This document shows, piece by piece, positions 28,227 to 38,340 of a stretch of 64,000 bases of DNA. The notes under the pieces are model-generated. The model did not search any database. It was given only the letters and a program-made list of their open reading frames with translations, and was not told the DNA's origin. Numbering within the stretch: the first letter of the stretch is position 1; each line of letters opens with the position of its first letter. The stretch is from Gemmatimonadota bacterium (lineage in GTDB: Bacteria > JBHIER01 > G020348925), in assembly GCA_020348925.1 (NCBI GenBank), contig CP070758.1, positions 948,469-1,012,468 of the forward strand, in the 5' to 3' direction. The translations under genes were made by a program, and so were the position numbers.

Positions 28227-30083
28227 TCAAGGTCCACACTCACCTAAACCCAGAATCACGTTTACGCAACCGAGTACATCCAGGATATAAATGGTCCCAT
28301 CGCCGTTACAATCGGCACGAACAATAATATTTCTTCCCAATGGCTGGATATCCAAAATGTGATTAATCACAGCCATGACATCAATAATATTGATCGCCCC
28401 ATCTGCATTTATGTCGCATTTCAACAGCCCACTCCCTTCGCACCGATCGTCCACCTCGTTGCCGTCGGCATCGCCCAGACATGGAACGTCGTCTCCCTGA
28501 TACGCTCCGCCATACGTGTCGCACATCCTCTCGGTAACAGTCATGCATCGACCATCTGGCAGGCAACAGGCTCCTACGAGAGAGTTAGAGGTGGCGTCGG
28601 TATCCGGTCCCCAATCGTAGAGAAACCTGATCTCTTCCAACGAAGCCGTGTCGGCAAACGTATTGTAGGGGAACAGTAATAGTACGTATCGCACGCTGAC
28701 GCCGGGATTATGAAACATAATGGGTACGGGCACAATTCCGGGGTCGTCCGGCGGTGCCATGCCCGCAAGTGTTGGAACAGGTGCCTCGTTATATCTGCCA
28801 CCAGCACTGGCCCATCGGAGACTGTACCCATCGGGGATGAATTCGGAGTTCCAGCCCAGCACAATCCCTTTTACAGGCAGGGGATGATCCTCCACGAGAT
28901 CGATCTCCACGAAAACACCATCGGGTTCATAACGATCGAGTGTGGACGGAAAAACCCAGCGGACGTCCACACCGTCGGGAATTCGGGGATGTGGATAGTC
29001 GGGCATTTCGACCCACTCAGACGAAGATGTTACCTTTGGACCCGGTCCGCCCAGGATTTTGGTGTAATTGACAAGCTGGGGGATGAGCTCGGCATAATTC
29101 AGATCCCATTCAGGGTCGGCGATGTCGTCAGGCCATGGATCAAATTCAGGCGCCTCGTATGACGATGCGAGATACTTGAGCCGGTCGGTATCGTAGATAG
29201 GATCCCCGTCGCTGTCCAGATCGATTCCGAATCCCCTGATTTTCCGCACGGTATCTCCCTCGCAGTAACTGACGAAACTCGTCCCAGCCGGTGTCGCCTG
29301 AAAAATATCTTCAACCGTGCGGGTATTCTTCACCGTCCCTTGAAATTCGGGCCCTGTGTTTCCCTCGAGAAAGGTGATCTTCACCCTGACTATGTTGAGG
29401 GGAAAATACTCCCGGTAGACGAACATGGAGTCGATCATGAGGCTGTGGTTGCAACCCAGCCACGCCCCGGAACTCGGCCCGGTCTGGATATACTGCTGGA
29501 TGAAGACGTACGAACCCGGCACTGGAAAGTTTTCCCCGGGTCTGAAATCATCGTAATCGAGATAGTCGGGATCGGTATGATCGATCCATCGACCTCTCCC
29601 GTTTGGGAGTTGTTCCTCCGCCTCGTAGAAGGACCGGATGGCGCTGGTACTCGTTAACTGCCAATCGAGGTTCCAAGAGGAGTTGCGATATCCCGTGCTG
29701 TACGGGATGCCTTTTCTCTTATGCCAGTAGGATATCGTCTCCGAGCACCACGCCTCTCTTCCGAAGGGATCCCCGAAGGCATCGAGAAAACAGGCGATAA
29801 AACCGGCAAGGCCGATATCGCTGATCCCCAGTCTCATTTGATAATACGGTTTGCCACCGTCGTTCTCGCAGGATTCTGTGGTCCCCAGGGTCATATTGGC
29901 CACATCCTGGATCCATGTGCCGGAGGGATTCCAGCTCCCGCTGTCGTGGAAACAGACACAGCCCGGCCCGTCGTCATGACAACAAGTGAATACATGAAAG
30001 GAGCTATCATCTCCAGAGATGTCTCCGATACCTACCAGACCTACCATTGTTATTACGATGGTGATTAAAACGATTGTATTCAT
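28227..30083 (-). CDS. Secreted protein B: CHAP-like amidase/peptidase, discoidin(F5/8)-like domain, GACC Cys motif, C-terminal dockerin
   Basis: AWCSETISYW...PVPGSYVFI...HSLMI...FLEGNT (CHAP Cys/His/EGN pattern); VEIDL..VKGIVLGW..RYV; dockerin ending GECGP. Confidence 0.7.
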   Translation of the reverse strand: MNTIVLITIVITMVGLVGIGDISGDDSSFHVFTCCHDDGPGCVCFHDSGSWNPSGTWIQDVANMTLGTTESCENDGGKPYYQMRLGISDIGLAGFIACFLDAFGDPFGREAWCSETISYWHKRKGIPYSTGYRNSSWNLDWQLTSTSAIRSFYEAEEQLPNGRGRWIDHTDPDYLDYDDFRPGENFPVPGSYVFIQQYIQTGPSSGAWLGCNHSLMIDSMFVYREYFPLNIVRVKITFLEGNTGPEFQGTVKNTRTVEDIFQATPAGTSFVSYCEGDTVRKIRGFGIDLDSDGDPIYDTDRLKYLASSYEAPEFDPWPDDIADPEWDLNYAELIPQLVNYTKILGGPGPKVTSSSEWVEMPDYPHPRIPDGVDVRWVFPSTLDRYEPDGVFVEIDLVEDHPLPVKGIVLGWNSEFIPDGYSLRWASAGGRYNEAPVPTLAGMAPPDDPGIVPVPIMFHNPGVSVRYVLLLFPYNTFADTASLEEIRFLYDWGPDTDATSNSLVGACCLPDGRCMTVTERMCDTYGGAYQGDDVPCLGDADGNEVDDRCEGSGLLKCDINADGAINIIDVMAVINHILDIQPLGRNIIVRADCNGDGTIYILDVLGCVNVILGLGECGP

Positions 30084-30152
30084 TTTTTGCCTCCTTTTGA
30101 AGATGTTCAATAGTAATCCTGATTTCCCTATCTTTCCTATCCTTTCTACACA

Positions 30153-30443
30153 TCAAGGTTCGCACTCACCAATACCCAAAATCACGTTGACAATACCCAG
30201 AACATCCAGGATGTTGGCCTGCCCATCACCTTTGCAATCGGCCGCCCAGAACTCCTGGTCGCTGGGCGGTGGAGTCGTCTCCAGGACAAAATTCACCGTC
30301 TGCAGTGCATCCAGGACATTGATCACCCTATCACCGTTGACATCTCCCCTCTCCATCTGGGCAATGGTTATCCGAGCCGACACAAATAGACCCAGTCCAA
30401 GGAATAGGATTGAAAACCCTGCACGAAACACTCGCTTGACCAT
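30153..30443 (-). CDS. Protein A': signal peptide plus stand-alone dockerin (96 aa)
   Basis: Near-identical to the N-terminus of A, but ends ILGIGECEP*. Confidence 0.8.
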   Translation of the reverse strand: MVKRVFRAGFSILFLGLGLFVSARITIAQMERGDVNGDRVINVLDALQTVNFVLETTPPPSDQEFWAADCKGDGQANILDVLGIVNVILGIGECEP

Positions 30444-30529
30444 GATACCTCCTCGTCAAGAAAGTGTATGACGCAGAATGGTCGTCGCCTTTCTCTACTA
30501 TGGGTTTTATCTTAGAAACTTCGTAGAAA

Positions 30530-31219
30530 TTATGGTCCACACTCACTTAAACCCAGAATCACGTTGACGCAACCAACCACATCCAGGACATCGATACTCC
30601 CATCACCGTTACAATCAGCACTTAAAAGGGATTCTCCAGACAGAGGCTGGATACGTAAAATATGATTCACCACGGCCAGCACATCCAATACATCTATGGC
30701 CCCGTCACCATTTACGTCGCACATCAGTACTTCAGGTCCTTCGCACCGATCTTCCACCTCGTTGCCGTCGGCATCACCCAGACAGAGAACATCATCCCCC
30801 TGATACGTTCAACCATATGTGTCACACATCCTCTCGGTAACAGTCGTGCACTTTCCATCCGGCAGGCAACAGGCACCAACGAGAGGATTGTAGGTGGCGT
30901 CATCATCAGGGCCCCAGTCGTACAGGAATCGTATCTCCTCCAGTGATGCCCTCTGTGTAAATGTCCTTGGAGGAAAGGCGAATTTTACGTACCTAAGATT
31001 AATCCCGGGATCCTGAAAACTGATGGGGATGGGTACAATGCCAGGCTCATCCGGTGGAGGTATTCCCGCCCAGGTTGGAACCTCGGCACCATGATACCGG
31101 CCGCCGGCATCGGCCCACTCCACCGAGTACCAGTGCGGCAGATAGGTTGAATCCCAGCCAAGGACAAGCCCTTTGACGGGCAGAGGATGCTCGTCCATGA
31201 GATCGATCTGGATGACGAC
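30530..31219 (-). pseudogene. Paralog B' (3' part; 5' end in gap) with an in-frame TGA before the dockerin
   Basis: ORFs 30809-31198 and 30530-30757 are in the same frame. GGT TGA ACG TAT CAG aligns with GGC GGA GCG TAT CAG in B. Confidence 0.75.
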
Positions 31220-32360
31220 NNNNNNNNNNNNNNNNNNNNNNNNNNNNNNNNNNNNNNNNNNNNNNNNNNNNNNNNNNNNNNNNNNNNNNNNNNNNNNNNN
31301 NNNNNNNNNNNNNNNNNNNGCTATCTTCGGAGTTCATTACGAGACCAATCATTCTTTAGATTTCGAACCAATTTGAAATGTTTCGCCAGAGAGGAAGAAT
31401 CTATCGCGGCATTAGTTTGAGGAGTTCACCCTCGCAACCCAGATCCGAGAACGGTGGGGGTCAGGCCTTGACATTGGACAGTTTTCGGCATGCCATCATG
31501 GGACGGGTATCAGACAAGAGATCTCCCATCGTTCGAGATGATTTCTATGATTCGAGGGCGGAATCAGGACTCTTTGTTAAGAACAAAAAGCAAGTATTTT
31601 CTTTGATAATCTTTACTTTTATGAATCATTTTGGAATAAGCGATGAAATGCATCAAGGATTAATTTTATCTCTTTATCTGGATTTGAGTAAATAGTACTA
31701 AATGAGTTAACGAAGGTGCACCAGAGTCGACGACAGGTCGAGGAGGAGAATCCTATTTCCAAGAAAAAATACCTGATCTTGTAGAAAGGGATGTCAGAAT
31801 CGAGAAGAGAAGCGACGGCCTGTACTCAGTTTCTGTTTTTGAGCCCATCATGGACGATTTCCTGGCCTGCTATCTGAAAAGAAACCATGAACTCGGGGAC
31901 TTCAAAATCTTTGCTTCCAGAAAAGAGGCCGAAGCCTATGCCTCTCTCTTGAAAAAGCCGAGGGATCAGCCTTGACCTCGCCGGCATATATTCTGAAAGG
32001 GCTGAAGAGCCTGGACTGCAGGCAGAGGCTTATGGAAGGCATAGATAGCCTTGAGACTGAGATTGAACGGTAATGCAAAGAATATGGGACAGATGTATTG
32101 ATGGGGTACAAAGCCAATATGAACAATGGAAGGGTGACAGTGAAAAAACTGCCGCTTCAGAATCAGAAACACTTTGAGATTGAATTTAGAAGAAAGTTGG
32201 AGAAAAAAGTTGATTATGACTTCCCTGAATGAATCTATTATTCTATCTAGATGCAATACATAAAAGATCTTCCACCGTTTGGTAATCTTTGCATCCTTCA
32301 CATCCCTCTGGGACTTCAGGCAGAGCAAGACCTTTCTTACTCTTGATATTATTTGAGAAA

Positions 32361-34844
32361 TCAGGGTCTACATTCACCTATACCTAAAATCACATTGACA
32401 ATTCCTACAGCATCTAAAATATTGACTGTTTCATCTCCATTACAATCAGCAGCCCAATTCTCAAGTTCAGAGAGTGGATCTCCAGTCTCCAAAATAATAT
32501 TGACAACTCGAACTACATCCAGAATGTTTATCTCCTCATCGGAATTGACATCTCCTCTGACAAGTGTAGTTTTCGATAGGACATAATCTCCGGCGATTAC
32601 TGAAAAGTACACACATTTCCCTTCGATTGTCGACGATCCTAAGATAATGGGGATCTCATCTTTTTTGATAACCCATGTTCCGGGATCAAGATTGCAGACG
32701 AGAACCTTGACACTGTCTGAACCTGGAATGGTCAGTGATAACTGTTCGGTCAATTCAATCCCGCTTTTGCTGAAGCAAACCACGCGATCAAGAATTCTGG
32801 CACCGACCAATTGAACACTTTCAATGAGCCCCACTGCAGGATTATTCGTTGTCGTGACATCCATGACGGTCATGACATGTAAGAAGAGATCCTCGGCTCG
32901 ACCTGCGCCAGGTGATACCTCCACACGCCACATACCATTCTCGTAATCATAATTACCCCCCTGAGGATCTGGCGGATAGTTCTGGTTCTCATATTCCACC
33001 CAGCAATCATATCCCGGGCCACCAATTTTTTGTAAAGTTGCATCCGACGGTAACAGACTTTTCACAACAAGTTTCCCTGAATACTTACCTGCACCATGAG
33101 AAGGACCATACCAGTAATGTGAAGCAGTCCGTTGAATAGTGATCGTATTTTCATCTATGGATGGTTCTTCGATGGAATGAATCTGCCACGTTTTTTTAAA
33201 TGATGCATTCGAGGAAACAACTCTATCGAAAATAATCAAGGTTGCCGGATATGTGGAATCAAAGTGGTTCAGCATGACCATAGATCGTTTCACGTCAGAT
33301 ACTTTTGGTGTCGGCTGGTTGGAATAGGCAGGAGTGAGATCTCCCCCGATGTAGCTGTAATCCGGTGTATTGGGATCGGGTCCGAACTGGCGTCCAATAA
33401 TGTAAGCTTTTCTGAAATTGTCCAGCAGATCATCGTAATCCTTGGGTTTGGTCTCGTATGTTCCCCACGGAGGTTGACAGATTTGTCCTCCATCATTGGC
33501 CGTGTATGCGCCTCCTGATCCATATGTCATATCTTCATTGGGATCAAGAATGAGCAGCACGTTGTGCGATTGGCTTTTCTCATGGTAATTGTTATCGTGG
33601 GCTGTTTTATCCTGATAGCACCCTGTGGAAAGTGCCAGGGCACCCTTGTAATAAATCTGGAAACCTCCGAAGTGTCCTGGATTTGTATGACCTTTGAAAT
33701 CGCATCCGCCCATCTCCATAGTGACAACCGCATCATCGCTTTCTTCGTTGAGCCAATCCCAACCGGTGCGGGCAATCATCACAGCCATTGGATCTGGAAA
33801 GTATTTTGTCAACGGTAAATCTGTAAGCGGGGAACTGGCAAGACCGGACGGACGAAATACAAATTCGAAAACTTTCTCCATATCATGAGACCCATCGTTT
33901 GAAGCTGCATAGTACGCATACCAGGAATTGTCACCGAGACCCGTCAGATAAGGATTATCCCAATACATCGCCATTGTCCGAAAAATCGGCCCTTTCTTGC
34001 CGGCGTTTCCTTTCAAGTCATACCGGTCACCACGTTTAAACTGCCTTCCATCAGGACGTGTGTTATATATTGTACCGTATGGTACATATTGCATGTCGGA
34101 TGTATACACGTCCCCCGCACCCAGTTTCCTGCAGAACCATGCATTGTAGCAATCGTTGATGAATCTACCGACATATGAGTCGCCTTGCCAGTACATGTGT
34201 ATTTTATAGAGTTCGTTTCGAGCCGGTATAAATTTATCCCAGTGGAGTGCTATGGCAGCATCCCACATTGTCGGACTTTCATCATAGATGGCACAGCCCG
34301 CAATGAGTTGAGAAAGTTGCACATTCGACTCCGCAATATGACCGACGATGACACTGTATGGATTATAGTCTGCCGGATAGCCGGGTGCTTCGGTATCAGC
34401 CAGACGCTCGAACTCAGCAATGAAGTCGTTCTTTTGGGACGTACTCAGGAGATCATAACACCAGTCATAGACGCAGGCAGCACGGTTCATGATGTTGCTC
34501 GATTTATTTATCGAAACGCTTGTACTTGGTTTATTTATTATGGCCATTAATGCTTCACTCACCGCCCAGTTTCCTTTCGTCGAGTTTCCGTCCACTAAAT
34601 ACAACAACGCAGCGGACAGAAAATGTGTATTGGACAATGAGACAATATTGTTCCAGAGACCCTGAAACTCAGGATCGGATTTCTTACTTTGAAGCTCGAC
34701 GACATCTGACGGTGTGATGAATACCCGGGGATGCTCGGATGGTACTGGGGGATATTCCGAAGCGACTACCTTACTATTGGGAAAGACTGTCAAGGCCAAT
34801 ATAATCGCAATTAAATAATGAAGAGTAGATATAGTAGACTTCAT
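32361..34844 (-). CDS. Heparinase II-like polysaccharide lyase (PL21-like) with C-terminal dockerin
   Basis: Likely start MKSTIST at 34844; HPRVF, GHIAE, QGDSY, RPDG, IARTGW, FQIYYKGAL, SHN and NDGGQ motifs; dockerin ending GECRP. Confidence 0.85.
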   Translation of the reverse strand: MKSTISTLHYLIAIILALTVFPNSKVVASEYPPVPSEHPRVFITPSDVVELQSKKSDPEFQGLWNNIVSLSNTHFLSAALLYLVDGNSTKGNWAVSEALMAIINKPSTSVSINKSSNIMNRAACVYDWCYDLLSTSQKNDFIAEFERLADTEAPGYPADYNPYSVIVGHIAESNVQLSQLIAGCAIYDESPTMWDAAIALHWDKFIPARNELYKIHMYWQGDSYVGRFINDCYNAWFCRKLGAGDVYTSDMQYVPYGTIYNTRPDGRQFKRGDRYDLKGNAGKKGPIFRTMAMYWDNPYLTGLGDNSWYAYYAASNDGSHDMEKVFEFVFRPSGLASSPLTDLPLTKYFPDPMAVMIARTGWDWLNEESDDAVVTMEMGGCDFKGHTNPGHFGGFQIYYKGALALSTGCYQDKTAHDNNYHEKSQSHNVLLILDPNEDMTYGSGGAYTANDGGQICQPPWGTYETKPKDYDDLLDNFRKAYIIGRQFGPDPNTPDYSYIGGDLTPAYSNQPTPKVSDVKRSMVMLNHFDSTYPATLIIFDRVVSSNASFKKTWQIHSIEEPSIDENTITIQRTASHYWYGPSHGAGKYSGKLVVKSLLPSDATLQKIGGPGYDCWVEYENQNYPPDPQGGNYDYENGMWRVEVSPGAGRAEDLFLHVMTVMDVTTTNNPAVGLIESVQLVGARILDRVVCFSKSGIELTEQLSLTIPGSDSVKVLVCNLDPGTWVIKKDEIPIILGSSTIEGKCVYFSVIAGDYVLSKTTLVRGDVNSDEEINILDVVRVVNIILETGDPLSELENWAADCNGDETVNILDAVGIVNVILGIGECRP

Positions 34845-34876
34845 GTTTTTTACTTCTTCGTTGGTGTAGGTTTTAT

Positions 34877-36046
34877 TCACCTCACATCTGAATAAAAATA
34901 GTGAAATTCTGTATCCCATCCATCTAGACTGTCGAATCTCTTTTGTGGACACTCATTAATAGGGAAAAGTATCTCAGTTTTATCCCCGTAGTTATAATAA
35001 ACCAATCTTAAACGTTTTCTTCTTTCCTGCTGGTTAAGGAACAAGGAAAATTCTGCCATATTCAAGGGGCCTTCTTCACCCAGATATGCGCCAAGAATAT
35101 TATAGGTTAAGTCTATCCATACCCACTGGTTCAACTGGTCATCGAATATTTCTGTGGTGGAATGCATACCTCCCATCCTGACGCTGAATTTATCGGATCT
35201 TAAATGAACCTTTTCCAGGTGAATTCTGCGAGCAGGAATTCCAAAAGAATTGCAGGCGTGAATAAAAATATGAGCAAGATTTGTACAAAAACCTTTGTCT
35301 TTTCCTGAAACCATTCGCTCGTACTGCTCAAAAGGCGGCACCTTCATTGAATCAGATGGTACACCAACATGATGCTTGAGATCATCCATTAAAGTTCTTG
35401 CCAACAATTTGGCCTTTTCGTAATTTGTATCAACACTCTTGATGAGTTCTCCCCATTTTTCTTCAGCGTATCGTTTTTCTTCGGTTTTCGGACTCTTATA
35501 TATCCAGTTATCAATCCTACAAGAAGGAGTAAAGTTCAGGTACGGATATGTTTTGACAGTGATCCAATTCGGATACCCCATTGCTCCCTTTGATGCCCAA
35601 TATTTATTTGCATTACAGAGAAGCGTAATTGTATAGGGCTGTGATAAAGATCCATCTTTGGTAACCATTTTGACAACGATATTGGCTTCTTGGGTAGAAC
35701 TTACATCTGTTCTAAAATCAGCCACTATAATACCTTCGAGAGATTTTTGATAATCTGACCGGTTGGTTGAAATAAGGAAGTGAGAAAAGTCTCTCAAATG
35801 TGGATCCAAGGTCAATTGAATTGCAATTTCATCACTGGGAATTTCCTCAATTGATTTTATTGTCAACTCTTCCCGTCCCTGGTAATAATTCCCGTAAAGA
35901 CTTTTCAATTCTGTTTTTATTTTTTTTCTTTCTACATTTTCTTCTTTTTTATCCAAATGAGAAATTATGGAATGTTGTGCGGCACAGAAAACCGCAAAGC
36001 AAATTCCAAAAATCAAAACTATTTGATAAAACATTCTATGAAACAT
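34877..36046 (-). CDS. Transglutaminase-like domain protein
   Basis: GFCTNLA...GIPARRI...HSTTEIF...WVWID (Cys-His-Asp triad). Confidence 0.8.
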   Translation of the reverse strand: MFHRMFYQIVLIFGICFAVFCAAQHSIISHLDKKEENVERKKIKTELKSLYGNYYQGREELTIKSIEEIPSDEIAIQLTLDPHLRDFSHFLISTNRSDYQKSLEGIIVADFRTDVSSTQEANIVVKMVTKDGSLSQPYTITLLCNANKYWASKGAMGYPNWITVKTYPYLNFTPSCRIDNWIYKSPKTEEKRYAEEKWGELIKSVDTNYEKAKLLARTLMDDLKHHVGVPSDSMKVPPFEQYERMVSGKDKGFCTNLAHIFIHACNSFGIPARRIHLEKVHLRSDKFSVRMGGMHSTTEIFDDQLNQWVWIDLTYNILGAYLGEEGPLNMAEFSLFLNQQERRKRLRLVYYNYGDKTEILFPINECPQKRFDSLDGWDTEFHYFYSDVR

Positions 36047-36173
36047 AAAATTACATCCTTTCTAAAAATTTTATTTCTCGTTGTCTTACTACCGACAAAA
36101 GCGAATATGATAACTATTTATATTGTTTCAGTACTGACATTTCATGACTGGATGTTGAGAAATCAAATATTCA

Positions 36174-37361
36174 CTATTCTATTTTTACTCCCTCAACCGC
36201 TTGAGAAACGTATATTTCAGGTTGTAGTCCCGTTTCTTTTGGATAAATATCAAAAATCTTTTGCTTGAAGATTGGCACCGACTCTTTCTCAACCAGGTTT
36301 ACTGTGCATCCACCAAATCCCGCTCCAGTCAATCGTGCCCCTAGTACGCCGGAAACATTCCGGGCAATAGTTACGAGGGAATCCAGTTCTGAACAACTCA
36401 CCTCATACAGATGATTAAGGCTTTCGTGCGATTCATTCATTAATTGTCCAAATTTATTCATGTCACCTACTTTCAGAGCATGCACTCCATTGAGAACTCT
36501 TTGGTTTTCGCTAACAACGTGTCCGCACCGAACTCCAATCGGATGTGGCAATTTTTCCCATTGTCTCATTAAATCTTTAATCCCAACATCCCTCAAGGTC
36601 TCTACATCAGGCATATATTTATTCAATATTTTGACGCCCTCTTGACATTCGGCGCGTCTTTGATGGTATGCAGAATTCGCCAAACCGCGAGGTTTGTTTG
36701 AATTGCAGATAACAATGTTACACCTGTCCAAATCGAGAGGTATATGTTCATATTGTAAGCTCTGACAGTCAAGGAAAAGCGCGTGGTTTTTCTTAGCTAA
36801 TCCGGAAGTAAACTGATCCATTATACCGCATGGGACACCGACGAAATCGTTTTCTGCTTTTTGAGCTAAATCGACCAATTTGTCGACTTGAATTCCAAGA
36901 TTAAATAATTGGTTAAAAGAAAAAGCAACAGACATCTCGAGTGCAGCAGAAGAGCTCAGACCGGATTCCAGGGGGACATCGCCACCTATCACAAGATTTG
37001 CTCCAAGCCCGGTTTCAAATCCTTCTTCAGTGAATGTTGCCAACACTCCCTTGACATAGTTTACCCATCTTCTCTCGGTATCAATGCTCAGTTCCTTTAC
37101 TGAAAATTCAACTTTCTGTTCGTAATTCCAGGAATAGATACACATATTTCCATCCGTTCGAGGAGAAGATGCCACATAAATTCTCCGATCAATCGCCATG
37201 GGTAACACAAAGCCATCATTGTAATCCGTGTGTTCTCCGATAAGGTTTACACGTCCCGGAGCTGAAACGAATACACATGGTTGTCCTTCGAATATATCGC
37301 AAAAAGTGTTGCGAAGTATAGATTTCATGTCGGATCGGTTTTCTTTCACTTTAACTCCCAT
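36174..37361 (-). CDS. galK: Galactokinase
   Basis: APGRVNLIGEHTDYNDG, GLSSSAA, CGIMDQ and GARLTGAGFGG. Confidence 0.97.
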   Translation of the reverse strand: MGVKVKENRSDMKSILRNTFCDIFEGQPCVFVSAPGRVNLIGEHTDYNDGFVLPMAIDRRIYVASSPRTDGNMCIYSWNYEQKVEFSVKELSIDTERRWVNYVKGVLATFTEEGFETGLGANLVIGGDVPLESGLSSSAALEMSVAFSFNQLFNLGIQVDKLVDLAQKAENDFVGVPCGIMDQFTSGLAKKNHALFLDCQSLQYEHIPLDLDRCNIVICNSNKPRGLANSAYHQRRAECQEGVKILNKYMPDVETLRDVGIKDLMRQWEKLPHPIGVRCGHVVSENQRVLNGVHALKVGDMNKFGQLMNESHESLNHLYEVSCSELDSLVTIARNVSGVLGARLTGAGFGGCTVNLVEKESVPIFKQKIFDIYPKETGLQPEIYVSQAVEGVKIE

Positions 37362-38328
37362 CTGATCTGATTGAGATTTCCCTCAACTCCTGTGCTCGTT
37401 CCTCGGGGAGGGTGTCATTGATAAAAGTTCCTGCTCCCATTTCGCAACCAGCCAGATACTTCAGCTTTTCCCGACTCCGATAGGGGGGATAAAATTCCAC
37501 GTGGAAATGATAAAAACTGTAGTCCTTTCCGTCTGTGGGAGCCTGGTGCATAACCATCATGTAAGGAAAAGAAAAGCCAAATAAGTTATCGTACTTTTGG
37601 AGTACTATTTTCAAAATGTGAGCAAAATCTTCGATCATGTTTTCACTGAAATCCAACAAAGTCAATACATGGTTTTTCGACATAATGTGCACCTCGTAAG
37701 GATATCTGGCAAAAAAGGGTATGAAAGCGAAGAAGGATCGATTCTCCACAATTTTTCTCTTTCCCTCTCTCTTTTCTTCATTCAAGATATCACAGAATAA
37801 GCAGTTCGGTTTTCTTTTCACGTATCCTTTCGCTGATTTCAATTCTCTTTCAATGACTGGAGGGATATATGGAAAAGCGTAAATCTGTCCGTGTGGGTGA
37901 GGCATGGTTACACCGATGACGTCCCCTTTATTTTCGAAAATAAACACATATTTAATCTCTTCTCGTTCCCCCAATTTTTGAAATCGCATGCTCCACAATC
38001 CGATCAGCTCTACGATACGGGGAATCTCCATGTCAGCCAATGTCATCAGATGATCAGGATGATACAGGACTACATCACATACCCCGACCGATTTCTTCAC
38101 CTTGTACAGGTTCGGGCGACGGTTCTCGGGCTTAGGCGATGACAATGAAAATGTGGGAAAATCATTGGGGTAGATGTACACGTTATAATCGTCCGGTACT
38201 TTTCCTGATCCCGGACAAAACGGACAATAATTCTCCGGCATTTGGGGTCGGTTTTGGCGGTGTGTCGCGATAGCCACCCACTCCTCGAGAATTGGATTCC
38301 AGCGAAGTTCAGACCTTGTTCTCTTCAT
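37351..38328 (-). CDS. galT: Galactose-1-phosphate uridylyltransferase
   Basis: ELRWNP, CPFCPG, FENKG and the HPHGQI active-site motif. Confidence 0.97.
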   Translation of the reverse strand: MKRTRSELRWNPILEEWVAIATHRQNRPQMPENYCPFCPGSGKVPDDYNVYIYPNDFPTFSLSSPKPENRRPNLYKVKKSVGVCDVVLYHPDHLMTLADMEIPRIVELIGLWSMRFQKLGEREEIKYVFIFENKGDVIGVTMPHPHGQIYAFPYIPPVIERELKSAKGYVKRKPNCLFCDILNEEKREGKRKIVENRSFFAFIPFFARYPYEVHIMSKNHVLTLLDFSENMIEDFAHILKIVLQKYDNLFGFSFPYMMVMHQAPTDGKDYSFYHFHVEFYPPYRSREKLKYLAGCEMGAGTFINDTLPEERAQELREISIRSDGS

Positions 38329-38340
38329 AGTGCGATTTTT

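Noticed and set aside
30084-30155. Readthrough fusion of A' into B (stop is in frame with an open spacer)
   Set aside because: B has its own AGGAGG RBS and signal peptide, so the frame match is plausibly chance.
30809-30811. Selenocysteine or genome-wide UGA recoding
   Set aside because: The aligned residue is Gly, not Cys; there is no convincing SECIS hairpin; and many genes here end normally in TGA.
31457-31479. GGGGTCAGGCCTTGACATTGGAC, resembling repeats flanking Y1/RAYT-type transposases
   Set aside because: Only one half-site is present and no transposase lies in the window.
31706-31975. Start-less open frame (+) ending ...FKIFASRKEAEAYASLLKKPRDQP
   Set aside because: It looks protein-like but has no suitable start and no recognisable family; possibly a decayed gene.
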